This document shows, piece by piece, positions 1 to 20,325 of a stretch of DNA of 64,000 nucleotides (within the stretch, counting starts at the first letter, position 1; every line of letters starts with the position of its first letter). Origin of the DNA: Eledone cirrhosa. Taxonomy: Eukaryota. A program made the position numbers and the translations under genes. The stretch is from the NCBI GenBank assembly GCA_964016885.1, contig OZ024758.1:2356001-2420000 (forward strand). The letters run 5' to 3'. Below the pieces are notes generated by a model. It made no database searches. It was not told where the DNA came from and saw nothing but the letters and a program-made list of their open reading frames with translations.

Positions 1-218
1 ACATATCTCAGGAAAGAATCGCTGGACAGATTTTACAAGCAAAACCAACTGGCGAGAGACCCAGTGGTAGACCCTGAGTAAGATTGTGGGATAACATCCA
101 TGAGCTTGGCTGGTCTTGCTTGGGGATCCAGCCAGGTCAATTGGAGACGGCTGCTTCTATAAAGACCCACTGGAAAAAGTGTTTGAAGACGCTGCCTCTC
201 AGGAATAAGTAGGTGAAG
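1..218 (+). mobile_element. RTE-clade LINE 3' remnant (family R1)
   Basis: Translates as ISQERIAGQILQAKPTGERPSGRP*VRLWDNIHELGWSCLGIQP...W, matching the RTE C-terminal G.RPRGRP..RW.D motif. Three more copies are in the window. Confidence 0.8.
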
Positions 219-1044
219 AAGGTTTGTTTTTACAGGTTTATTTACATCATTGGCTTCTCAGTTTGTTTTTTCTGTCTTTTATAAATGAAATACTGAAGTT
301 CCTACAACTGTGGAGCCATTCTACCTCCTGTGGATAATGGTATGTTAGGTTTTGAAATAATGATTTGTTCAATTCTGGAGAAATGCTACATAGAATTTTC
401 TTTAATACAGCTTAAGAGATTATGTCTGTTGACAACCCCCGTGTTACCATTACATAGAGGTTAGTATTAAGAACAATCAGTTTTCTGCTTCATTGATTAT
501 ATCACATCTGGTTAGTCTTGTTTGAAGAGAGTTTACTCCTACAGTTTTTAGATATATATATTTAGTGTTGCCTCCCTTCCATATGGACTATATTTCTTGA
601 TATTAAATTTAATTTGATCATTATATGTTAATTTGCTAGGGCAATGACTAGTTGGGGGGTTGCTGATATGGTTAGAATTAATGTTAGACCTGACACAGAA
701 TCTGAGTCGATATTTATAGGACATCTGAGGGTTTTAGGTTTGCCTTAATGATCAGTCATAGAGTGTAAGGTTAGCGTTAATGTTTCAATTTAGGGGTTAG
801 CTATTTAATTTAGAATCAATATTTAGTGCTAACGACCCTCTATTATAGACAAAATTTAATATAAAGGGATCGACATTTCTATGGAAGTTGGTATTTATAC
901 TGGACCTTTGCTTTAGTTGACTCTCACTAGTATGTAGTCTCCTCATTCAACAAGTCATAACACTTCCATGCATCAATAACTAATTAAACCACTGATATTT
1001 CACACACACTTCGCTCTGTGTCTTCTCTGGTTATATAGTTCTCT

Positions 1045-1076
<32 letters not shown>

Positions 1077-1286
1077 TCATATATATATTCTACTTTTGAC
1101 AATATTGTCTATGGAGGAGCACATAATTCAAATATATTTAATGTTACATTTAAATAATTTTGAAAACCATACAATGCACTAGAAAATTAAAATTGCCAAG
1201 ATAAGAGAATCTTACCTTTATAAATCTGAAATATTTTCAGGGTAAAAAAAAACAACCATTGTGAGAGACTTAAAGTGTGTGTGTGT

Positions 1287-1340
1287 TAGCTGTCAAAACG
1301 GCTGGAGCTCAGCCATCGAGGTCCTGACTCTTTTCCTATA
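1287..1340 (+). mobile_element. Family J fragment (degenerate 3' half of a hammerhead)
   Basis: tagctgtc-aaaa-cggctggagctcagcca-tc-gaggtcctgactcttttcc is homologous to 54681-54730. Confidence 0.65.
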
Positions 1341-1774
1341 TCTATATATCTTTTGACAGGTTCTTAGCTGGTTTCTTTTCCTGAGGCCTCAGCTGTCCAT
1401 TTGATGTTGGAACAGGATTTCTCGTTTCCTTCCTCTGTGTGTGCATATATACATACATGTGTATATCCATAGTAAAAGACAAAACTGAAAGAAGTTTATA
1501 AAGTTTAACATGTTTTTTTATTGACAACGTATATGAATTAATTTATTTTATTTTCGTTACTTCTCGTTCACATACCGCTGGGAAGCATCCTGAACAACAA
1601 TAAAATGTCTGTTAATAAAAAGTTTACATATTATATACGAGTTGTCTTACTATTTTGACAATGAAAAATAATTAGATTTTTAGCCTCATAAAGGCTTCTA
1701 ATCAATTAGTTCTCTTCGGAAGGAGTGTTTAAAAGAAACTAAGGAAGACATACCTTCTATATGTCCACATAATA

Positions 1775-1815
1775 AATATATATATAAATAAATATACATA
1801 TAATATACATGTATG

Positions 1816-1847
<32 letters not shown>

Positions 1848-1868
1848 TACATATAATATACATGTATG

Positions 1869-1900
<32 letters not shown>

Positions 1901-1921
1901 TACATATAATATACATGTATG

Positions 1922-1953
<32 letters not shown>

Positions 1954-2025
1954 TACATATAATATACATGTATGTATATATATATATATATATATAAATA
2001 AATATACATATAATATACATGTATG

Positions 2026-2057
<32 letters not shown>

Positions 2058-2078
2058 TACATATAATATACATGTATG

Positions 2079-2110
<32 letters not shown>

Positions 2111-2185
2111 TACATATAATATACATGTATGTATATATATATATATATATATATAAATAAAATATACATATAATATACATGTATG

Positions 2186-2217
<32 letters not shown>

Positions 2218-2238
2218 TACATATAATATACATGTATG

Positions 2239-2270
<32 letters not shown>

Positions 2271-2291
2271 TACATATAATATACATGTATG

Positions 2292-2323
<32 letters not shown>

Positions 2324-2499
2324 TACATATAATATACATGTATGTATATATATATATAAATATAAATAAATATACATATAATATACATGTATGTATATAT
2401 ATATATAAATATAAATAAATATACATATAATATACATGTATGTATATATATATATAAATATAAATAAATATACATATAATATACATGTATGTATATATA

Positions 2500-2500
<1 letters not shown>
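1775..2500. repeat. ~50-55 bp minisatellite with a variable (TA)n part
   Basis: About 14 copies of ataaataaatatacatataatatacatgtatg(TA)n. Confidence 0.9.
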
Positions 2501-6379
<3,879 letters not shown>

Positions 6380-6546
6380 TCTAACTCCACAAACCTCGAC
6401 CCTGGGTGTAAATCACAGACTCAAATTTCGTATCGTTTAACCTTTCAGTAAATTTAACTTTATTATTGTAATACAAGATTCCTTAAACCTTTATCGTAGA
6501 GTCTTTCTACCTTCGACTGTTTTACACCTTGTATAGTTCCGTATGG

Positions 6547-6673
<127 letters not shown>

Positions 6674-7349
6674 TTACACATATATATATACGTATACATA
6701 TACATACACATTTATATATACAGATACATACACACATATATGTAATAGGAGTAAGTAAGACCTACATATACATATTCATATAATACACACACACACATAA
6801 ATATATATATATATACTTATATATATATGTGTGTGTGTGTGTGTTTGTGTCCATGGGGAACAGTCTCTATTACAAGCATGTATTGTTAAATACGTAATAT
6901 TCGAGGTTCAATTTCTATAGTTACAATTTTGATCTGTGAATTTGAGCCGCCAGTTCAATAACGTTCAAAATATCTACGTTTTTTTTTATCCAGAATTGAT
7001 ATAAAATATATACAGTATCCAAGCTGGGAGAAGTACTTTTTGAAAATATAATAGTTTGCATAAAAGGAACCCTATAATTTATATTGGTTATAGATACGTG
7101 GATGTGATTAAAGATAAGACTGATAACTTTATAATATATTTATAGGATATAATTATGTAAATGTTTACACAAATGTTAGCATATAACATATAGGAATAAT
7201 TTGTATTATTGGAGTAGCATTGAAGAATTATTTACAAGGATAAATAGTCTCGCGACATTACTACGATAGAAAATACAATGAGTATATGTGAGTTGTGTGT
7301 GTAAATATTATATATATATGTTTAATAGATAAATAAATATGTATGCATG

Positions 7350-7390
<41 letters not shown>

Positions 7391-7513
7391 ATATATATAA
7401 TGTTTAATAAATAAATAAATATGTATATATATATTTATATATATAATTTTTAATAAATAAATAAATAAATATGTATATATATATAATTTTTAATAAATAA
7501 ATAAATAAATATG

Positions 7514-7561
<48 letters not shown>

Positions 7562-7723
7562 CATATATATATACATATATAATGTTTAATAAATAAATAA
7601 GGGGATATAAATATATATATATATATAATGTTTGATAAATAAATAAATATGTATATATATACACATTAAACATATATATATAATGCTTAGTAATTATTAT
7701 ATACATATATATTTATTTAATAA

Positions 7724-7774
<51 letters not shown>

Positions 7775-7802
7775 TATTTATTTAATAAATAAATATATAT
7801 AT

Positions 7803-7835
<33 letters not shown>

Positions 7836-7898
7836 CACATTAAACATATATATATAATGCTTAGTAATTATTATATATATATATTTATTTAATAAATA

Positions 7899-7930
<32 letters not shown>

Positions 7931-8009
7931 CATTAAACATATATATATACACATTAAACATATATATAATGCTTAGAAATTATTATATATAAATATATAT
8001 ATATATATG

Positions 8010-8136
<127 letters not shown>

Positions 8137-8226
8137 AAAGGTAAACAGAAAGGTAAAAGGTATACAATCAGTACAGTATATGGAAGGAATATATTAGGGT
8201 AACGCCCGAAATAGCAGGAAGAAGGA

Positions 8227-8260
8227 CTTAACGTTTAGGACGCTAGTCCTTCATCAGAAG
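8227..8260 (-). ncRNA. Degenerate minimal hammerhead (family E)
   Basis: Minus strand CUU-CUGAUGA-AGGAC UAGC GUCCU-AAA-CG-UU-AAG; G12 is lost. Confidence 0.45.
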
Positions 8261-8372
8261 AAAGAATGAGAAATTAGAAAGACTGTGTGTGTGTGTTTAC
8301 ATATATTTCTTCCGAATCGTAAAAAAAGTTTTTAGAGAAAAATAACAAGTCCGTTCATGTTGCCATCTCTTG

Positions 8373-8425
<53 letters not shown>

Positions 8426-8453
8426 GGTGGGTAGTGTATATATATATGTATAT

Positions 8454-8503
<50 letters not shown>

Positions 8504-8523
8504 TATCTATATATACACACATA

Positions 8524-8575
<52 letters not shown>

Positions 8576-8615
8576 TATTTATATATATATATATACATAT
8601 GTATATATATACAAA

Positions 8616-8647
<32 letters not shown>

Positions 8648-8663
8648 CAAATATATATATATA

Positions 8664-8964
8664 TAAGAGGGTGTTAAAGTTTGCTTGAAGCATTGTGAAA
8701 TGTGTAAAAATACGTATTTAAGAAAGCCACAACAATGCAAAGGGAAATCTCGAGGTAGGAAGTGAAATATAGAGAGGAAAAACAGGTGAAAGTGAAAATT
8801 GAGAGAGACAAAGATGAAAACAAAACAAAGGTAGAAGGGTTACCGTAGTAGAGATTTAATCCCAATATTTCGGGCTCACGCCCATCAACGGGGGAAAAGT
8901 TCCAAAAGGGGGAAACAGGCCAAGCGGAGAAAGTTGTGATGTCGTTAAGACAGGAATGCCGTTA
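8664..8964 (-). mobile_element. ~300 bp element flanked by (TA)n (family F), copy 1
   Basis: Near-identical reverse complement of 17086-17388; contains a hammerhead-like fold. Confidence 0.8.
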
Positions 8965-9020
8965 ATATATATATATGTATATATAAGTATGTATATGAGA
9001 AATTTCGTTTCATTTTTTCC

Positions 9021-9071
<51 letters not shown>

Positions 9072-9205
9072 TGTATATATATATTATATAAATATGTATA
9101 TATACATATATAAATATGTACATATGTCTGTATATATATGTATATATATATGTATATATATATATATTATATATGTATATATACATATATAAATATGTAC
9201 ATATG

Positions 9206-9256
<51 letters not shown>

Positions 9257-9328
9257 CTGTATTAATATTTGTTTCCAAAATTTATTAATATTAATACATA
9301 CATATATCGTTAATTTTCATCCACATAT

Positions 9329-9378
<50 letters not shown>

Positions 9379-9670
9379 ACACACACACACACACAGACAC
9401 ACACACGCACACAGACACGAACACATACACACACATACATACATACATACATACATACAAACATAGAGAGGGAGACAGACATATTACATCCCCAGTGACA
9501 ACATATGGTGATTTCAAAGGAACGAAACAGTTCTAGACCTGTAGAAACTGTTTCAATATTAATTAAGTAGAAATGTGTACTTTCTTTTACCTGTGGTTCC
9601 ATCCCTCTCTTTTTCGGTAAACCATTTAAAATTCATTTATATATATATACATATATATTTGTGTTTGTAC

Positions 9671-9763
<93 letters not shown>

Positions 9764-9848
9764 TACATACATATGTGTATATATATTTATATATATATAT
9801 ATACATATATACATATAAATATATATATGTATACATATACATATATGA

Positions 9849-9914
<66 letters not shown>

Positions 9915-10034
9915 TATTCTTGTATATGTGTGTCTCTGTGTGTTTGTATATACGTACATATGTATGAATACATACATATACATACATACATACATACATA
10001 TATACATACATACATACATACATACATACATACA

Positions 10035-10092
<58 letters not shown>

Positions 10093-10099
10093 TGTATCG

Positions 10100-10740
10100 T
10101 GAATATTATATATTTTATATAGTGGTAATAATATATTTTATATGGTCATAATATATTTTATATATGGTGACAATAATATATTTTATATGGTGAAAATATA
10201 TTTTATATGGTGAAAATAATATATTTTATATGGTGATAATATCATATTTTATATAGTGATAACAATGCATTTTTTATGGTGAAAATAATATATTTTAAAT
10301 GTATTAAACTGTATTTACATGGTATATCCCATAAATAAAGTTTCGTCGTGATAATGATATATTATATAAATAAAAGATTTCACCGTGATAACGATATATT
10401 TTATATAGTAATAATAATATATTTTGTCTAGTGATAACAACATATTTTATATAGTGATAACAATATATTTTATATGGTGATAGTAACATATTCTATATAG
10501 TAACATATTCTATATAGTGAAAACAACATATTTTATATGGTGATAACAACATATTTTATATAGTGATAATATATTTTGTATGGCGATAAAGGTATATTAG
10601 TAATGATATATTTTATATAGTGCTAACGATATATTTTATATAGTGATAGCAATATATTTTATATAGTGACAATATATTTTGTATGGTGATAACAATATAT
10701 TTTATATAGTGATAACAACATATTTTATATGGCGATAAAG
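10100..10740. repeat. Degenerate ~21-24 bp minisatellite (tatattttatatagtgataacaa)
   Basis: Seen directly. Confidence 0.85.
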
Positions 10741-11585
10741 ATATATTAATAATGATATATTAATAATGATATATTAACAATGATATATAAATAATGATAT
10801 TTTAATAATCATATATTAATAATGATATATTAACTGATATATTAATAATGATATTAATAATGATATATTAACAATGATATATTAATAATGATATATTAAC
10901 AATCATATATTAACAATGATATATAAACAATGATATATTAATAATGATATATTAACAATAATAATAAATAATGATATATTAATAATGATATATTAATAAT
11001 GATATATTAACAATGATATATTAATAATGATATATTAATAATGATATATTAACAATGATATATTAATAATGATATATTAATAATGATATATTAATAATGA
11101 TATACTAACAATGATATATTAATAATGATATATTAATAATGATATATTAATAATGATATATTAATAATGATATATTAGTAATGATATATTAGTAATGATA
11201 TATCAATAATGATATATTAATAATTGTTTCTACTTTACGCACAAGGCCAGCAATTACCCAGTGCATTACTGGTACTTTATTTTGATATATTAATAATGAT
11301 ATATTAACAATGATATATTAATAATGATATATAAACAATGATATATTAACAATGATATATTAATAATGATATATTAGTAATGATATATCAATAATGATAT
11401 ATTAATAATGATATATTAATAATGATATATTAATAATGATATATTAATAATGATATATTAACAATGATATATTAATAATGATATATTAGTAATGATATAT
11501 CAATAATGATATATTAACAATGATATATTAATAATGATATATTAGTAATGATATATCAATAATGATATACTAATAATGATATATT
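10741..11585. repeat. 14 bp minisatellite (aatgatatattaat/aac)
   Basis: Seen directly; interrupted by a SINE fragment at 11222-11283. Confidence 0.9.
11222..11283 (-). mobile_element. SINE family A, 3' fragment
   Basis: aattgtttctact...cacaaggccagcaattacccagtgcattactggtactttatttt matches the 3' end of 36897-37088. Confidence 0.85.
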
Positions 11586-11714
11586 CGCTTGAAGAAAATT
11601 GATCAGTGGAAAGTTAGAAGTGATTTTACAAACCTGTATTGTGGGTATACATACACGGCTCCGTCCATTGCAGATATGCAGAGATTTTAGTTGTGGTAGG
11701 ACACCTCAATACAG

Positions 11715-13070
<1,356 letters not shown>

Positions 13071-13141
13071 GTGGAGAGGAAAGTTAGAAAGCAGGCATTA
13101 AAAGCGTGTTTCCAACATACATCAGAGGGAATTACCCCACT

Positions 13142-14375
13142 CTACTGTTGAGTGTGTCTCGAACATACTGTTGAGTGTGTCTCCAACATACTGTTGAGTG
13201 TGTCTCCACCCTACTGTTGAGTGTGTCTCCAACATACTGTTGAGTGTGTCCCCACCTTACTGTTGAGTGTGTCCCCACCTTACTGTTGAGTGTGTCCCAA
13301 CCCTACTGTTGAGTGTCTCCAACATACTGTTGAGTGTCTCTCCACCCTACTGTTGAGTGTGTCTCGAACATACTGTTGAGTGTGTCCCCACCCTACTGTT
13401 GAGTGTGTCTCCAACATACTGTTGAGTGTGTCCCCACCCTACTGTTGAGTGTGTCTCCAACATACTGTTGAGTGTGTCTCCAACATACTGTTGAGTGTGT
13501 CCCCACCTTACTGTTGAGTGTGTCCCAACTCTACTGTTGAGTGTGTCTCCAACATACTGTTGAGTGTCTCTCCAACATACTGTTGAGTGTGTCCCCACCC
13601 TACTGTTGAGTGTGTCCCCACCCTACTGTTGAGTGTGTCCCCACCCTACTGTTGAGTGTGTCCCCACTCTACTGTTGAGTGTTTCGCCACCCTACTGTTG
13701 AGTGTGTCTCCACCCTACTGTTGAGTGTGTCTCCACCCTACTGTTGAGTGTCTCCCCATCCTACTGTTGAGTGTCTCCCCACCCTACTGTTGAGTGTCTC
13801 TCCACCTTACTGTTCAATGTCTCCCCACCCTACTGTTGAGTGTCTCCCCACCCTACTGTTGAGTGTCTCTCCACCTTACTGTTGAATGTCTCCCCATCCT
13901 ACTGTTGAGTGTCTCCCCACCCTACTGTTGAGTGTCTCCCCACCCTACTGTTGAGTGTGGCTCTACCCTACTGTTGAGTGTCTCTCCACCCTACTGTTGA
14001 GTGTGTCTCTACCCTACTGTTGAGTGTGTCTCTACCCTACTGTTGAGTGTGGCTCTACCCTACTGTTGAGTGTGTCTCCACCCTACTGTTGAGTGTGTCC
14101 TCTCCCTACTGTTGAGTGTCCCCCCACCCTACTGTTGAGTGTGTCCCCACCCTACTGTTGAGTGTCTCTCCACCCTACTGTTGAGTGCCTCTCCACCCTA
14201 CTGTTGAGTATGTCCCCACCCTACTGTTGAGTGTGTCCCCACCCTACTGTTGAGTGCCTCTCCCCCTACTGTTGAGTGTGTCCCCACCCTACTGTTGAGT
14301 GCCTCTCCACCCTACTGATGAGTGTGTTCCCACCCTACTGTTGAGTGTCTCACCGCCCTACTGTTGAGTGTGTCT
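13142..14375. repeat. 23 bp minisatellite (ctactgttgagtgtgtccccacc), ~53 copies
   Basis: Period of 23, e.g. 13601 to 13624. Confidence 0.95.
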
Positions 14376-14562
14376 TAGTGGTCTGTTCCAGTGACTGGGA
14401 GTAATATCTCACCTCTCCCGGGTCCCTAGCAGGATATAACATATAACTTCACTGTTGGTCCCCTCCACTCTTAGAACTGTTAGTACTCAACAATTGGCTA
14501 GCTTTGTTTTATTATCACCATCGATTAATAGATAAATGAATTTATATATATATATATATATA

Positions 14563-14620
<58 letters not shown>

Positions 14621-14726
14621 TGTGTATATATATATATATATATATGGTGTGTGAGTATGTGTGTGTAAATATATTTATAAATACGATATATATATACATG
14701 TGTGTGTATATATATATATATATATA

Positions 14727-14773
14727 TAGCCGTCCAGAAATAGCCGTCGAAACGGCTTGAGCTCTTTTTCCTA
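14727..14773 (+). mobile_element. Family J fragment
   Basis: tagccgtccagaaatagccgtcgaaacggcttgagctc lying between (TA)n tracts. Confidence 0.75.
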
Positions 14774-14790
14774 TATATATATATATACAC

Positions 14791-14867
<77 letters not shown>

Positions 14868-15485
14868 CATATAAATATACATAAATATATATATATAAAT
14901 ATATATATATACATAAATATATATATATATAAATATATATATATATAAATATATATATATATAAATAAATATATATATATAAATAAATATATATATATAT
15001 AAATATATATATATAAATAAATATATATATATAAATAAATATATATATATAAATAAATATATATATATATAAATATATATATATATAAATATATATAAAT
15101 ATAAATATATATAAATATAAATATATATATATATAAATATATATATATATAAATATATATATATAAATATATATATATAAATATATATATATAAATATAT
15201 ATATATAAATATATATATATAAATATATATATATGAATATATATATATAAATATATATATATATAAATATATATATATATAAATATATATATATAAATAT
15301 ATATATATAAATAAATATATATATATATATTGTTATACTTTGGGAGGGCCATGTTGCCAATAAGAAACACACGCACCAGTTGCTTTCACTTCAATTTAAT
15401 TTAATATATATTTATAAATTTACAAATTTATAAATTTCTGGTTGGTTGGTTGGTTCCACAACCAGATAGTTGTTTATATATATAT

Positions 15486-15530
15486 AGTCATAGTTCTTTC
15501 GTCACACACTCTGTGACCTCTTCAGTGACT
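15486..15530 (-). ncRNA. Minimal type I hammerhead ribozyme (family B, mirror copy)
   Basis: Reverse complement of 15627-15671. Confidence 0.8.
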
Positions 15531-15626
15531 GGGGATTTCTTTCTTCGTTTCTGTGCCTTTCCTTTCTTCTATCCTACGCGTAGGATAGAAGAAAGGAAAG
15601 GCACAGAAACGAAGAAAGAAATCCCC

Positions 15627-15671
15627 AGTCACTGAAGAGGTCACAGAGTGTGTGACGAAAGAACTATGACT
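15627..15671 (+). ncRNA. Minimal type I hammerhead ribozyme (family B)
   Basis: AGUCA-CUGAAGA-G-GUCACA gagug UGUGAC-GAAA-GaaC-UA^-UGACU; helix I 5 bp, helix II 6 bp, helix III 2 bp. Confidence 0.8.
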
Positions 15672-15934
15672 ATATATATATAAACAACTATCTGGTTGTG
15701 GAACCAACCAACCAACCAGAAATTTATAAATTTGTAAATTTATAAATATATATTAAATTAAATTGAAGTGAAAGCAACTGGTGCGTGTGTTTCTTATTGG
15801 CAACATGGCCCTCCCAAAGTATAACAATATCGGTTTCAACACACGATTTCAGATAAAGAATCTTGCTAAACAAATTCAGAAACGAAATATATATATATAA
15901 ATATATATAAATATAAATATATATAAATATAAAT

Positions 15935-15983
<49 letters not shown>

Positions 15984-16093
15984 AAATATATATATAAATA
16001 TATATATAAATATATATATATATAAATATAATTATGTATCAGCCGTACTAAGAGTATATATATGTATATATATATGTATATATATATTTATAA

Positions 16094-16391
<298 letters not shown>

Positions 16392-16449
16392 GTATATCTA
16401 TATGTATATATATGTATATATATATATATATGTATATTATATATATATG

Positions 16450-16486
<37 letters not shown>

Positions 16487-16521
16487 GTATATGTATATAT
16501 ATATGTATATATATGTATATG

Positions 16522-16572
<51 letters not shown>

Positions 16573-16605
16573 ATATATATGTATGTATGTTTATATATAT
16601 ATATG

Positions 16606-16643
<38 letters not shown>

Positions 16644-16656
16644 TATATACATATAC

Positions 16657-16727
<71 letters not shown>

Positions 16728-16750
16728 CATATATATACATATAGATATAC

Positions 16751-16926
<176 letters not shown>

Positions 16927-16949
16927 GTATATCTATATGTATATATATG

Positions 16950-17014
<65 letters not shown>

Positions 17015-17021
17015 GTATATG

Positions 17022-17053
<32 letters not shown>

Positions 17054-17085
17054 TACATATATATATATAAACATACATATAATTA

Positions 17086-17388
17086 TAACGGCATTCCTGT
17101 CTTAACGACATCACAACTTTCTCCGCTTGGCCTGTTTCCCCCCTTTTGGAACTTTTTCCCCCGTTGATGGGCGTGAGCCCGAAATATTGGGATTAAATCT
17201 CTACTACGGTAACCCTTCTACCTTTGTTTTGTTTTCATCTTTGTCTCTCTCAATTTTCACTTTCACCTGTTTTTCCTCTCTATATTTCACTTCCTACCTC
17301 GAGATTTCCCTTTGCATTGTTGTGGCTTTCTTAAATACGTATTTTTACACATTTCACAATGCTTCAAGCAAACTTTAACACCCTCTTA
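17086..17388 (+). mobile_element. ~300 bp element flanked by (TA)n (family F), copy 2
   Basis: Contains UCCC-CCGUUGA-U-GGGC guga GCCC-GAAA-UA-UU-GGGA at about 17157-17193, a hammerhead topology with a variant core. Confidence 0.8.
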
Positions 17389-17427
17389 TATATATATATA
17401 TATATATGTATGTATATATGTATGTAT

Positions 17428-17485
<58 letters not shown>

Positions 17486-17498
17486 ATATATATATATA

Positions 17499-17666
17499 TA
17501 TAATAACTAGAAATTGATTAACATATAAATAAACATGAATAATCACAGGAGATAATTTTTACAAGTGTGTAAGCACACATAGCTAGGTAGGTAACTAAAT
17601 AAAGTTAACCAGAACTTCAAAAATATTTCATGTTTATTTATATGTTAATCAATTTCTAGTTATTAT
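17499..17666. repeat. Inverted repeat, ~40 bp perfect arms, ~87 bp spacer
   Basis: ataactagaaattgattaacatataaataaacatgaa ... ttcatgtttatttatatgttaatcaatttctagttat. Confidence 0.9.
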
Positions 17667-17768
17667 AAAATGCTCGGACCTATTCGTTAGAATCTTAGAG
17701 CTTATTTTGCGGGTGATATGGCGCATGTCTTTCTGGCATGACACCCATAATTTTGATTATCTTAATTT

Positions 17769-17827
<59 letters not shown>

Positions 17828-18158
17828 CATAGATAGATATATAGATAGAGATATGGGGAGAGAGAGAGAAAGAGAGAGAAAGAGAGAGAAAGAGAGAGAA
17901 AGAGAGAGAGGTATCATTAAACTTTGGGAGTGTCAGCTATTGATTTCGTGTTATCACCTGTGAAACTTGATGAAACACCTCACAACCTCACCACCGAGTT
18001 CTCCCCCCTCCTCCTCTTCATTGGTCTCTTCCGTCAACATCATCATTATAATCATCGTCATCATGACCTTTATCATCATCATCACCATCTTCACTGTTAT
18101 CATCATCACCATCAGCATCACCATCACCATCACCATCACTGCTGTCATCACTGTTATC

Positions 18159-18195
<37 letters not shown>

Positions 18196-18284
18196 GGCAC
18201 CACATCATACAAGATACACCATCAAATGTAATATTGCATGTCTGGGTGATATCTGATCTCTATAGTTTATCGATTCACTGAGAT

Positions 18285-18527
18285 GAATCGCTGGACAGAT
18301 TTTAGGGGTAAAACCAACTGGAAGGTGACCCGGGGGTAGACTCGGAGCAAGATGGCTGGATAACGTCCGTGAACTTGACTGGTCTTGATTGGGGATCCAG
18401 CCCGGATCAGTTGGAGAGGGTTGCTTCTGACAGGACCCGCTGGAAGGAGTGTTTGAAGACTCTGCCCCCATGACCCTCCCAGGAATAAGTGGGAGGAGGA
18501 GGAGAAGAAGAAGAAGAAAAAGAAGAA
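18285..18527 (+). mobile_element. RTE LINE 3' remnant (R1) with (GAA)n tail
   Basis: IAGQILGVKPTGR*PGGRLGARWLDNVRELDWS*LGIQP; homologous to 1-218. Confidence 0.8.
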
Positions 18528-18599
18528 TATAGATCTAGAGGTAGCAAGCCATGACAGACTAGGAGAGTTATCTAATACCCATTAAATGTAAGAAACAAA

Positions 18600-18709
<110 letters not shown>

Positions 18710-18851
18710 AGAGAGACAACAGGAGCCAAAAGAAGCATAAATAAGAAAAGAGGTAAAAACAAGGACAGCTATAAAACAGTTTTCTGTTGTTGAATCTTTT
18801 CAATTGTCTAAACATGACCGTCATATATATGGCATATTATATATGTCTGCC

Positions 18852-18948
<97 letters not shown>

Positions 18949-19074
18949 TGTAAAATCGAGACCGAGGCGCCAAGCGGTTTGGGTTTGGTGCCTCAGTTGA
19001 GGGTTTTACATATTTCTATACCCACTCTGCATCTCCCCATGCATTGACGACTCCTATGGTCTCAGCCCTACAGA

Positions 19075-19142
<68 letters not shown>

Positions 19143-19152
19143 GTAATAATTC

Positions 19153-19252
19153 AAGGACGATTTGTTAAGCCTTCAGTACGTTTATTGATTGGTGACGCGC
19201 GTTTCGCTATTGATCAGCTCAAGGTTCGATCTGGCCCGACTCTGGAATCAAA
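19153..19252 (-). mobile_element. Family G fragment (hammerhead 3' part)
   Basis: Minus strand ...gatcaatagc-gaaa-cgcgcg-tc-accaatcaataaa; homologous to 61275-61385. Confidence 0.75.
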
Positions 19253-19291
19253 GTAACTTCAGTAACTTCACATTATACGCCCTATATATAT

Positions 19292-19438
19292 ATAACGAAG
19301 GATGTGTGGTAAGGAACCAGGTGAACCATAACGCACCAGAGTACTCAATACTTAAGGTAGGAGAGTGGGTAATAGGAAAAGAGTCAGAACCCACTAGTCC
19401 AGAAATAGCTTGAGCTCTGCCGTCGGGGTTCTGACTCT

Positions 19439-19442
<4 letters not shown>
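19292..19442. mobile_element. Family J element with inverted end
   Basis: Homologous to the reverse complement of 54712-54809; gaaaagagtcagaaccc ... gggttctgactcttttc forms an inverted repeat. Confidence 0.8.
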
Positions 19443-19484
<42 letters not shown>

Positions 19485-20258
19485 AGAGAGAGAGAGAGAG
19501 ATGGATGGATGGATTTATATAGATAGATGTTGACAATAATGTCTGGTTGTAGATTTGTAGGCATATAAATGGCAAAAATCGTGTAACCAACATTTACAAT
19601 TATGTAAAAACATGACATAATTAACATTACAATAAATTATAATAGTTCCTAATATAGACAAAAATCCCAGAATTTTAGATACCGCGGATAATCGACTTCA
19701 ATCCATATTATATGGCGGGAAAATTAGCAATACAGATGAGCGTTTGTAGATTCTACGTTATTGGCGGGAAAATATTATCTTCAAAGAGACAAACTTTAGG
19801 CGAATCTTGAATGAAGACGTTGTTTTCAAAGAGACAAAAGTTTGGCAAATATTGAAAGACAAAATTCAAAGAGACAAAATTTAGGCAAATATGTGAAATG
19901 AAGTGTTTGCTCAAGAACACAACACACAACTCAGCCGAAGAATATGAGATGTGATGTGCATGTATGCATATATGTATACATACTCAAACACGCACCCAAA
20001 TACACCCACACCCACACACCCACACACCCACACAGACACACATATATATATAATTTTATAGGGCAGATACTAATCGAATTGTGTGTGTATATATATATAT
20101 ATATATATAACCAAAGATTAATATGGTTCGTTGATTATAATCAATACAATTTTACAATAGATTAGAAGCAATAAAAACGCTGAGAGTTGGTGAAATAAAT
20201 CATTGGCACTACTGGAATTGAATAATCAAAACCGTAGCGGTATGTCGCATATCAATCT

Positions 20259-20325
20259 TATATTTTGTCTGATGAAAACGTACTTAAACACCATTCTTCC
20301 TTTGAAATATGTATAATAAAATATA
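20259..20325 (+). ncRNA. Type I hammerhead motif (family D, copy 1)
   Basis: UAUAUUUUGU-CUGAUGA-(weak helix II)-GAAA-UAUGUA-UA^-AUAAAAUAUA. Confidence 0.55.

Larger units (their letters stand above)
15327..15830. repeat. Perfect 504 bp palindrome with no spacer, made from a family B element
   Basis: Centre tacg|cgta at 15578/15579; the ORF track gives identical peptides on both strands. Confidence 0.97.

Noticed and set aside
13095-13135. Minus-strand CUGAUG...GAAAC resembling a hammerhead
   Set aside because: No helix II or helix I can form
13142-14375. 23 bp repeat as a CRISPR array or coding repeat
   Set aside because: No unique spacers, the unit is not a multiple of 3, and the context is eukaryotic
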